A stretch of 54,391 bases of DNA from Candidatus Tayloriibacteriota bacterium (lineage in GTDB: Bacteria; Patescibacteriota; Minisyncoccia; Phycocordibacterales; JARIHA01), in assembly GCA_029288475.1 (NCBI GenBank), contig JARIHA010000168.1, positions 1 to 54,391 of the forward strand. Reading direction: 5' to 3'. The notes beneath the pieces are model-generated. The model did not search any database, was not told the DNA's origin, and worked only from the letters and a program-made list of their open reading frames with translations. How positions within the stretch are numbered: position 1 is the first letter of the stretch; the number at the start of each line of letters is the position of its first letter. The translations under genes and the position numbers were made by a program. Positions 9,471 to 17,268 of the stretch are shown in pieces.

Positions 9471-9498
9471 AAAAAAACCCATCTACACAGTAGATAGG
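9471..9498 (-). terminator. intrinsic terminator after the 263-aa gene
   Basis: On the minus strand a 9-bp stem CCUAUCUAC/GUAGAUGGG (one G-U pair) with a 3-nt loop is followed by U7. Confidence 0.7.
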
Positions 9499-9525
9499 CT
9501 TATCGTAAACTTTGGCATTAGCAAT

Positions 9526-10317
9526 TCAGCCGCAGCCAATTGGATTATGCAGTACCGCGGCCCCGCATTTCAGAAAGCACCTGATCCTGCCTGTGGTGTG
9601 AATACAGACCAGGACGCCGTTGCTTGCCGCATGACGCCCAAGGACCGTGAACTCGGCGATGCTTTTGTTGATCGCCCTTTTAAGGAATCTTTCATCCAGT
9701 CCCCGCCTTGCGCAATACTCCTTCCTTTCGGGCGCCAGCTTTTTGATCAAAGGGTTGAAGAAATCATTCTGAAGGGACACCTCGGCCTTGAGCCTTTCTT
9801 CGCCTGCACGGACACCCGGAAGATAGTCGCTCATTTCCGTGGCAGAATAAAGTCCGCTGGGAAGATATTTTTGCGTCCTGGCCAGCATTTCTTTCATGAC
9901 CACCTTTGCTTCCGGAGCCTGAGTCTTGCCATAGGTTGCAAACAAGAAAGTAACGGAAGAGATCGCCATGACCGCTTTTACCTTTTCCATGAAAGCTATC
10001 TGCAAAGGAATGAGCTTGGGAACATCCGTCCCGCCTTCCTTTTCTTGCCCATCAAGACAAACAGGACAAACGACCTTCAATCCTTTTCCTTCACTGTGCA
10101 AAAGGGCTTGTCCGATATTGCTAAGCGCTTTTCTGCTTATGGACCAGAAGCCGGCAATTTCTACCAGCTGCCTGAGCTGTATTTCGATCTGCGCCAACCG
10201 AGCTCGATCAACCTGGGGATAATTGCTATCACCGCGAGCGATCGAACACATGATCCGCCTCCAGTTAAGACTGCTTCGCTGAAGCAACTCGATTTTTCCA
10301 ATTTGTGGGGTTTGCAT
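9526..10317 (-). CDS. hypothetical protein, T-box regulated (263 aa)
   Basis: ATG start with a natural amino-acid composition, unlike the Arg-rich antisense ORF 9547..10392. It is flanked by its own leader and terminator. I recognise no family. Confidence 0.6.
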   Translation of the reverse strand: MQTPQIGKIELLQRSSLNWRRIMCSIARGDSNYPQVDRARLAQIEIQLRQLVEIAGFWSISRKALSNIGQALLHSEGKGLKVVCPVCLDGQEKEGGTDVPKLIPLQIAFMEKVKAVMAISSVTFLFATYGKTQAPEAKVVMKEMLARTQKYLPSGLYSATEMSDYLPGVRAGEERLKAEVSLQNDFFNPLIKKLAPERKEYCARRGLDERFLKRAINKSIAEFTVLGRHAASNGVLVCIHTTGRIRCFLKCGAAVLHNPIGCG

Positions 10318-10366
10318 AGTCGTTTTAAAAGAACAATTTCACAGCGGGCATTTGATGTTGAAGTAA

Positions 10367-10652
10367 CAAAAAATCCCGCCCTTATTACATAATGATTACA
10401 TTACGCAATAAGGGCGGGATTCTTGAAGAATTCGCGGTGCCACCTTACTTAAAACAAAAACACCTATGGAGGTGCTTTGTTCCACTCATCGACTCCAGCC
10501 TTGCGGCCGACATCGAGTATCCCATGGTTACGGAGGAAACCGGATCTCCACTGACGCAGAGATCATCCTGTTGCTAAGCAACTATGCAGGCCCAATCCCC
10601 AAACAGCTAAGCCGCGGGGACCTGTATATGGATTTTGTAGCTGTGAAGTACT
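10367..10652 (-). promoter_or_regulatory. T-box leader RNA (tRNA-responsive transcription attenuator)
   Basis: On the minus strand, AAGGUGGCACCGCG (10446..10433) matches the T-box consensus AGGGUGGNACCGCG at 13 of 14 positions. An antiterminator can be drawn as AAGG/CCUU plus GCG/CGC around the 7-nt bulge UGGCACC. It overlaps the 5' arm of a terminator with a 12-bp stem (extendable to about 18 bp, 10375-10386 / 10407-10418) followed by U6. A Stem III-like hairpin lies at 10475..10460. Confidence 0.75.
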
Positions 10653-10658
10653 AAGATA

Positions 10659-10687
10659 ACTTTATGCCTTAGGGTGGGGAAAGTCAA
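10659..10687 (-). promoter_or_regulatory. candidate promoter of the T-box leader
   Basis: On the minus strand: TTGACT (10687..10682), 17 nt of spacer, then TAAAGT (10664..10659). Confidence 0.4.
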
Positions 10688-10702
10688 GGCTACTATGTCT
10701 AC

Positions 10703-11044
10703 TTAATTGATATGTTTATGTTGTCGTGGAGTCCAAGCGGGAGTGCATGACATGAGCATGGTTAGATTACCTTCCCAACATATCTTTTCTCCCGGCTCGA
10801 TCAAGACAGCATCTCCTTTTTCAAGCTTAACTTCCTTATCATCAATAAAAACATTGCCCGCGCCTTCCATAACAAAAGCGATCTCTTTGCATTCTTCATT
10901 CATAACACATCCTTTATCCGGATAACGCCCGTTCACAACCACGACTGCAATATTGATAGCCGAATCATTCAGAGGATATTCAAATGCGACGCAAGCATCA
11001 CTATTTTTAAATTCATTCGCCTGGCCTTTAGGAATTAGTTTCAT
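10703..11044 (-). CDS. cupin domain protein
   Basis: 113 aa with a beta-barrel cupin pattern (..EIAFVMEGAG....GDAVLIEPGE..). Confidence 0.7.
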   Translation of the reverse strand: MKLIPKGQANEFKNSDACVAFEYPLNDSAINIAVVVVNGRYPDKGCVMNEECKEIAFVMEGAGNVFIDDKEVKLEKGDAVLIEPGEKICWEGNLTMLMSCTPAWTPRQHKHIN

Positions 11045-11064
11045 AAGATTTTAAATATTAACTT

Positions 11065-11715
11065 CTAAATCATCCTCTGAGTATACCCTTTCTTGATCAG
11101 ATATTCATAAGCCTCCAAGACATCTCCCGGTATCTCCTGCTGTATCTGAAATCCTTTTTTTGGATATTCTCTGATACGCTGAAGATCGCCAACAAGAAAA
11201 TTAATTACGGTATCTTTACTTATAAATTCATTTGGATAATCTTGAAATGATATCAGGGGTGACGCCATGATAAGTTCTGTATCTGGCAGCCAAATCTTGC
11301 CCGTGGCATATGCCCTTCGTTCTGCATAAGGCTTCTGCACGACGATAAGAGTCTTAGGATTTATGCTATTTGCTTTGAGTTTATCAATTGCAAATTGATA
11401 ATTTTCGCCAGTATTCTGAGATTTATTTTCGATAATGATGGATTCTCTAGCAACTCCTTTTTTAAAAGCAATGTCGGCAAAAACTTCAGCTTCAGTGGTT
11501 CCTATGAACCTTTCTCTTCCTTTAACATGATCATGTATTGACCCTGAACCAGCACAAATAAGCATTGGTGCCCAGCCATCAAGGCAAAGCTGCGCAGCGT
11601 ATTCAGCCACGCGTGTATCGCGGTTACCCAAAACAAGAATAGCATCAGATTTCTTGAGGTTCTGATTCATATGTCCATAATCCCATATTTTTTGCGCTGC
11701 AGCTTCTGTGGTCAT
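11065..11715 (-). CDS. YdcF/DUF218 family protein
   Basis: 216 aa. AILVLGNRD..LICAGSGS..SQNTGEN..LIVVQKPYAERR matches the DUF218 (ElyC/SanA/YdcF) layout. Confidence 0.75.
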   Translation of the reverse strand: MTTEAAAQKIWDYGHMNQNLKKSDAILVLGNRDTRVAEYAAQLCLDGWAPMLICAGSGSIHDHVKGRERFIGTTEAEVFADIAFKKGVARESIIIENKSQNTGENYQFAIDKLKANSINPKTLIVVQKPYAERRAYATGKIWLPDTELIMASPLISFQDYPNEFISKDTVINFLVGDLQRIREYPKKGFQIQQEIPGDVLEAYEYLIKKGYTQRMI

Positions 11716-11748
11716 TTATATTTTTTAATATTAATTCAACCGTAACTC

Positions 11749-12042
11749 TTACGAATCACCTTTTATTTCTTCACCGACAATCCAATCACAGCCCTCGGGA
11801 CCAACAAGAGCAGAGTGCTTGACCCCAACAGGAACATCAAATCTTTCTCCGACATTAACGGTATTCTTTATACCTCCCGAAAAAGTCACCGATCCTCTCG
11901 TCACAAATATTGAGACCTTGCCTTTATGAGCATGCTCTGGGTACTTCGTATTAGGTTTGTCGCTCCAGGAGTACACACGCACAAAACCTTCTTGTTTAAG
12001 CTGAGTTTCTAGAGATTGTGGATCAATGTTCACTCGTTTCAT
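11749..12042 (-). CDS. cupin domain protein
   Basis: 97 aa containing HAHKGKVSIFVTRGSVTF....GERFDVPVGVKH, the two cupin motifs. Confidence 0.7.
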   Translation of the reverse strand: MKRVNIDPQSLETQLKQEGFVRVYSWSDKPNTKYPEHAHKGKVSIFVTRGSVTFSGGIKNTVNVGERFDVPVGVKHSALVGPEGCDWIVGEEIKGDS

Positions 12043-12065
12043 ATTTTTACCATTGCCATGAAATT

Positions 12066-15000
12066 TTAATGCCTGTTCATCACTCCGCGTGTAATTGGGC
12101 CAAAATAGCCTGAGGCTGGCGTAATGTGATTGGCTTTCTGAAACCTGATCAGGCTAGCGCGTGTCAAAACACCAAAATTAGTCGTTTCATTCCCCGGCGA
12201 TCCAGGACCGGTTTTGACGATACTAAACCCATGAGTGTTGAGATACTTCTGCAAAGACTGGACATCAATCCCTACGGAACCAGCAAGAAGGTTACGGGTA
12301 AATACAAAAGTATTTACTGGAGTAGTATTTACTAGAGTTGGTTGAGTTTTTACAGAAGGTGCTGGTGCAGTAGTAATCTGCTTAGGCGGCAATACCGGAT
12401 AGAATACAAAACCTGATCCACTGCCCACCGGTGGGCCATTTGATGGAGGAGGTGAATGTGTCTCAGGGGTTGAATGTATCTCGGGAAATGTCCAATTCAC
12501 ATTACCGCCTCCATCCACGCAGCCATTGGTACACACAACCGGAGAAACAGCGGCATTGGTAGCTCCAGCAACAGAGAGGAAAGATACCGACACGGAGCCT
12601 TGCGGGTTGAGTGTATAGCCGGAAACTGGAGTAAACTTGCTTACCTGGTACAGTGAAGTATCGAGTGCAAACACATTACCTGCCCTACCTGTTGCCACCC
12701 CAACGAGTTGAGTGAATTGACCGTCACCTGAACCATTTTCCCCGAATTTTCCAAGATAAGCTCCCTCCGTACTAAACATTTGCGCAATATTACTACTGAC
12801 ATTTCCCACATATACCGTATCGGAAGAATCTATAGAAATACTACTTGGTGTATTAAACTGACCTTCACCCGCTCCTCCCATTCCAGCCCTGCAACTAGAC
12901 GTACAGACTTCCAAATGAGCGACGCCGTCACTTACCCCCCAACCCCACATCAAAATAAAGTTACCATTCTTATCGAATTTTTGAACACGGTGATTGTACG
13001 TATCAGGCACATATACGTTGCCATGAGAATCTGTTGCAAGATTCATTGCCACATAACTATCTGAAAATTCACCGGCACCATCGCCTATTCCGCCACCTTG
13101 GCAACTTGACGTGCAAATTTGAAATTCGCCCGATCCATCTCTTACCCCCCAACCCCACATCAAAATAAAGTGGCCATCCTTATCGAATTTTTGAATACGG
13201 TGATTGTACGTATCTTCTACATATATATTTTGAGAAGAATCCATGATTATGCCTGTAGGATTCTCAAATTGATTTTCAGCAGTTCCTTCACTACCCCATG
13301 CAGTAACAAAATTCTTAGAAGAATCGAATTTAACAATACGATTGTTGTAACTATCAGATACATAGATATTGCCCGAAGGATCAATAACTTCACCATGCGA
13401 GCACCATATTTGTTCATAGTCATCCGAACCTGGTGACGGAGTCTCTCCAATAAACGTACCGCTTGAATCAAATTCCTGAATGCGGTTTGTTGCACCAGTC
13501 TGACCGCAATCAGCAACATATACGTTTCCGCCAGAGTCAGTAGAAACTGACGTGGGGTTTGAGAATTTTCCTGAAGGAGCTGCGGTATACAATGCACCAA
13601 ACGAATGCAGCGGCGTTCCACTGGAAGAAAGCTTTGCTACTCTGCTATGTTCAGAATCGGTCACATAGATATTGCCGGAAGAGTCGAGAGCTAGGTGAGT
13701 TGGATTATAAAAAGGAGAGTCACTGTCGCCAAAATGTGCGAGAACACTGCCGCCGGAATCAAGCTTATAGACTTGTTCATCGTTCTCATTAATAACATAA
13801 ATATTTCCGGAGTGATCAACAGTCAGACCAAGAGGAAACGTGAAATCAGTATAGGTAAAACTTGCCAACTGACTGCCGTCTGGCGCAAGCTTGACGATGC
13901 GATCGTTATCACGATCAGAGACATAGATATTGCCAGAGGAATCGAGAGCGACACCTTCTGGGCGACTTAATGTATTACTATCTGTAAATACGTCGATAAC
14001 GCTACCGGCTGGATCCATTTTGACAATGCGGTTATTAAATTGGTCTGAAACGTACATATTACCCGACATATCAAGAGCAATGTCATTAAGACGACTGAAA
14101 GCTAGAGGCGCAGTAAAGCTTGCCAACTGACTGCCGTCTGGCGCAAGCTTGAGGACACGATCATTATCTTGATCTGAAATATACATATTACCTGAAGGAT
14201 CCAGAGTTACAGAAAACGGAGAACTCATGGGAGAATCAGGATTAGTAAATATAGACACAACAGCGCCGGCAGAATTGAGTTTGACGATACGATTACCATT
14301 TGTATCTGCCACATAGATATTGCCCGAAGTATCAACGGCGACACCATTTGGCCTAGGCGTAACATCACTGGTAAAAAATTCTCCCCACTTACGATTGAAC
14401 GCAGGAGACGTAACGGATGGTTGCCGAATGGTCAGCAAATTGCCGGCAGTACCATTGAGAGACAACGTTCCTGTAATTGTCTGTGTCCCGAGATTAAAAT
14501 ATAACGTGTCAGCAGAACTAACAGACTTGGTCAGATTATAAAATGTTGTTGAACCAGAGACGACTTGGTTCGCACCGGAAAGATTGAGGGTACCACTACT
14601 TGCAACAAAAGTGCCTTCATTAGTGAAGTTACCTGTTACCGTCAATGTATGACCATTTAGATTAAGCGTACCGCCCGAAAAAATATGCACCGTATGAATA
14701 GATTGATTGGCAGTAAGAGTGACGTAATTCTGGATTTCCGCATCATTAGTTGCGCCGGGATAATCTATACCCTCCCTACTCCTTATAGCGTCGTAGCTCG
14801 CTAGCTGATTGCCAGAAGAGTCAAGCTTGACTACACGATAGTTATTGTAATCACCCACGTAAATACCGGAAGAATCCACTGCCACAGCTTGAGGAGCGGA
14901 AAACGCAGTCGTCGAATCAGTAAACGTATCAAGTACTGTACCGGTAGAATCCAGCTTAACGATGCGGTTGTTATTACGATCGGCGACATACATATTGCCA

Positions 15001-15743
15001 AGAGTATCGAGAGAGATGCCGGTAGGAAAATAAAAGGCCGAACCTGTATCAGTAAAAGTATCTAACACATTTCCATCAGGATCCAATTTAACAATGCGAT
15101 TATTGCCGCTGTCTGCGATATAGATATTTCCAGACGTATCAAGTGTCACTCCAGAAGGTGAGGACAAAGAATCCCCAGCAGTAAAGACGGCGAGTTCGGT
15201 ACCCGTTGGACCGAGCTTGATCACATTATTACGTCCAGAATCAACCACATAGATATTTCCCGAGATATCCACCGCGACACCAGCCGGCGTGTTAAAAGAA
15301 TCAGAGAATTCCGAAACAGTACTGCCGCTTGAATTGAACTTAACAACAAGATTATTGGAGGTATCCGTCACGTAAATATTGCCCGTAGAATCAAGCGTTA
15401 TGCCTGAGGGCACATCAAACGCGGTATCTGTATCCAGAATGACGTCGGTTACCTTACCTGTAGAATCGAGCTTTACGACACGATGGTTCCCTGGATCAAC
15501 CGCATAAGTATTACCCGAAGAATCTCGAGCTACTCCAGTAAGACCATTAAAACCCGTAGCACCCCACGTAGCGCCGTCATTCCAATTGCCATCGCGAACA
15601 GTTGCGAACGTGTCAGCAAAGACGTGACTAAAAAGAAATACTCCGAGCAAAAGAATGAGGGCAAAGGAAATTTTTGCCGCATGTTTTTTGTACTTTGAAA
15701 AGATGCGACTGTTGAAAAACATAATGTGAATATATTCTACCAT
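12066..15743 (-). CDS. giant NHL-repeat surface protein with C-terminal peptidoglycan-binding domain
   Basis: 1225 aa with an N-terminal hydrophobic signal or anchor. I count at least 15 tandem NHL-type repeats by eye (SGNIYV.D..NNRIVKLD..G). A Pro-rich linker precedes a C-terminal PG_binding_1-like segment (LQKYLNTHGF...FGPITRG). The start may instead be the second Met, at 15722. Confidence 0.85.
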   Translation of the reverse strand: MVEYIHIMFFNSRIFSKYKKHAAKISFALILLLGVFLFSHVFADTFATVRDGNWNDGATWGATGFNGLTGVARDSSGNTYAVDPGNHRVVKLDSTGKVTDVILDTDTAFDVPSGITLDSTGNIYVTDTSNNLVVKFNSSGSTVSEFSDSFNTPAGVAVDISGNIYVVDSGRNNVIKLGPTGTELAVFTAGDSLSSPSGVTLDTSGNIYIADSGNNRIVKLDPDGNVLDTFTDTGSAFYFPTGISLDTLGNMYVADRNNNRIVKLDSTGTVLDTFTDSTTAFSAPQAVAVDSSGIYVGDYNNYRVVKLDSSGNQLASYDAIRSREGIDYPGATNDAEIQNYVTLTANQSIHTVHIFSGGTLNLNGHTLTVTGNFTNEGTFVASSGTLNLSGANQVVSGSTTFYNLTKSVSSADTLYFNLGTQTITGTLSLNGTAGNLLTIRQPSVTSPAFNRKWGEFFTSDVTPRPNGVAVDTSGNIYVADTNGNRIVKLNSAGAVVSIFTNPDSPMSSPFSVTLDPSGNMYISDQDNDRVLKLAPDGSQLASFTAPLAFSRLNDIALDMSGNMYVSDQFNNRIVKMDPAGSVIDVFTDSNTLSRPEGVALDSSGNIYVSDRDNDRIVKLAPDGSQLASFTYTDFTFPLGLTVDHSGNIYVINENDEQVYKLDSGGSVLAHFGDSDSPFYNPTHLALDSSGNIYVTDSEHSRVAKLSSSGTPLHSFGALYTAAPSGKFSNPTSVSTDSGGNVYVADCGQTGATNRIQEFDSSGTFIGETPSPGSDDYEQIWCSHGEVIDPSGNIYVSDSYNNRIVKFDSSKNFVTAWGSEGTAENQFENPTGIIMDSSQNIYVEDTYNHRIQKFDKDGHFILMWGWGVRDGSGEFQICTSSCQGGGIGDGAGEFSDSYVAMNLATDSHGNVYVPDTYNHRVQKFDKNGNFILMWGWGVSDGVAHLEVCTSSCRAGMGGAGEGQFNTPSSISIDSSDTVYVGNVSSNIAQMFSTEGAYLGKFGENGSGDGQFTQLVGVATGRAGNVFALDTSLYQVSKFTPVSGYTLNPQGSVSVSFLSVAGATNAAVSPVVCTNGCVDGGGNVNWTFPEIHSTPETHSPPPSNGPPVGSGSGFVFYPVLPPKQITTAPAPSVKTQPTLVNTTPVNTFVFTRNLLAGSVGIDVQSLQKYLNTHGFSIVKTGPGSPGNETTNFGVLTRASLIRFQKANHITPASGYFGPITRGVMNRH

Positions 15744-15752
15744 AGATGTATA

Positions 15753-16514
15753 ATGGCAAACATGGATATGTTGTTAAATGTGAGTTGGCAAATAGCGCGA
15801 GCGGAATTTAAGTTGAAGAATGAAGGCAGTTACCTAGGACTTGTGTGGTATCTCTTGAATCCTGTCTTGCTCTTTACCCTTCTTTTCTTTATATTTCTTG
15901 ATCGCTTAGGAAGTTCCATCCCCGACTACGCTCCGTATTTATTCCTCGGCATAATCATGTTCAATTTCTTTCAATCTTCTACCCTCGAATCAGGTAAAAC
16001 TTTCATCAAAGAAAATAATTACCTTATCAAGTCGATCAACTTCCCCCGCCAGGCACTCATCATCGCCATCGTACTAAAAAATTTACTTTCTCATTTGTTT
16101 GAAGTTTTGCTTTTTGCAATACTACTCTTATACTTTCATCTGAACTTGGCAAATCTTCTGTATTACTTGATTATCATGGTGCCATTCTGTCTATTTATTT
16201 TTGGTTTCTGTCTCGCGCTTTCTTCCCTTACGGTTTTCTTTGCCGATCTCGGCAACATATGGAACTTCGCCGTTCGAATATTGTGGTTTGGCACACCAAT
16301 CCTTTACGCGGTAAATGAACGATCAACATTACTCTATATAAATCTCTTCAATCCGTTATATTATTTTATAACTTTAACCAGAGAACTAGTCATATACGGA
16401 CACAGTCCAAGCGTATCATTGATTCTCGGGACTATCTTCTGGAGCCTGGCATTCTTACTCCTTGGCACATGGATCTTTGCCACTCTAAACAAAAAAATCC
16501 CTGAACTTATATGA
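15753..16514 (+). CDS. ABC-2 type polysaccharide/teichoic-acid exporter permease (Wzm/TagG-like)
   Basis: About six hydrophobic segments. The stop overlaps the ATPase gene start as ATGA. The ORF-track start at 15726 is GTG and overlaps the divergent NHL gene. In-frame ATGs occur at 15753, 15762 and 15768. A TATAAT at 15749-15754 would fit a leaderless start at 15762. Confidence 0.8.
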   Translation: MANMDMLLNVSWQIARAEFKLKNEGSYLGLVWYLLNPVLLFTLLFFIFLDRLGSSIPDYAPYLFLGIIMFNFFQSSTLESGKTFIKENNYLIKSINFPRQALIIAIVLKNLLSHLFEVLLFAILLLYFHLNLANLLYYLIIMVPFCLFIFGFCLALSSLTVFFADLGNIWNFAVRILWFGTPILYAVNERSTLLYINLFNPLYYFITLTRELVIYGHSPSVSLILGTIFWSLAFLLLGTWIFATLNKKIPELI

Positions 16515-17263
16515 CCCAACCAATGACACAGCCTGCGATGCGCATGCAAAATGTAAATAAAAGCTTTCAGATCGGTTATCTCAAAAACAAACAAAGCGTG
16601 CTGGCAGCCGTAGCAAAAATATTTTCGGATCGCGAGCAAAAAAAGCAGATACACGTAGTGGATAATGTCTCTATTGTTGCTTACCCGGGAGAAATACTGG
16701 GCATACTTGGCGATAATGGTTCAGGCAAGAGCACGATACTGCGAATTATTGCGGACATTTACGGAGCTGATTCTGGCACTGTCGAAGTACACGGCAAACT
16801 CATTTCTCTCATAAATCTCGGCGCAGCGCTCAAGGAAAGGCTGACCATGAAGGAAAATATTTTTATGGTCGGGTCACTCTTTGGCATGAGTACCGATACC
16901 ATACGAAACTCACTCAACTCCATTGCAGATTTTGCCGAATTAACAGAATTCATGGGAACAAAAACATATCAGTTTTCTTCCGGCATGGTCCAACGGCTGG
17001 TATTTTCCGTGGCTATCCACGCTTCCCCCGACATCTTGCTACTTGATGAAGTATTCGAGGTGGGCGATGAAAACTTCAAAAGAAAAAGTGCTCAAAAGAT
17101 CCAGCAGCTGGCAGAACAAAAAGTATGCGTGCTTTTGGTCAGCCACAATCTAGAACTGATCGAAAAATATTGTCATCGGGTCATTTGGCTCAGCAAAGGC
17201 AAAGTAGTTGCCGAAGGTGCGACCAAAGATATTACGCGCCTTTATAGACAGGAGAAAAAATAA
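16511..17263 (+). CDS. ABC transporter ATP-binding protein (Wzt/TagH-like, no C-terminal glycan-binding extension)
   Basis: Walker A GDNGSGKST, ABC signature FSSGMVQRL and Walker B ILLLDEV. The protein is only 250 aa. Confidence 0.85.
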   Translation: MTQPMTQPAMRMQNVNKSFQIGYLKNKQSVLAAVAKIFSDREQKKQIHVVDNVSIVAYPGEILGILGDNGSGKSTILRIIADIYGADSGTVEVHGKLISLINLGAALKERLTMKENIFMVGSLFGMSTDTIRNSLNSIADFAELTEFMGTKTYQFSSGMVQRLVFSVAIHASPDILLLDEVFEVGDENFKRKSAQKIQQLAEQKVCVLLVSHNLELIEKYCHRVIWLSKGKVVAEGATKDITRLYRQEKK

Positions 17264-17268
17264 CTGCC

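Noticed and set aside
9547-10392. 281-aa plus-strand ORF antisense to the T-box-regulated gene and reading through the terminator hairpin.
   Set aside because: It has an Arg/Phe/Cys-rich unnatural composition and no SD. It runs through the leader terminator. The minus-strand frame has a normal composition plus its own promoter, leader and terminator.
10590-10690. RNase P-like strings near the cupin gene: GGGGAAAGTCAAGGC on the plus strand and CGCGGCUUAGCUG on the minus strand.
   Set aside because: The two motifs are on opposite strands, and extending either one would run through a good cupin CDS. The region is fully explained as the promoter (TTGACT is the reverse complement of part of the first string) and the 5' part of the T-box leader.
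12126-15698. Numerous 60-105-aa plus-strand ORFs inside the NHL-repeat gene. Similar shadow ORFs occur inside purB, dnaX, the Hsp100 gene, topA, dus and the double GT4 gene.
   Set aside because: They are antisense or out-of-frame shadows of long, well-supported genes. They have repetitive or skewed compositions and no start-site signals.
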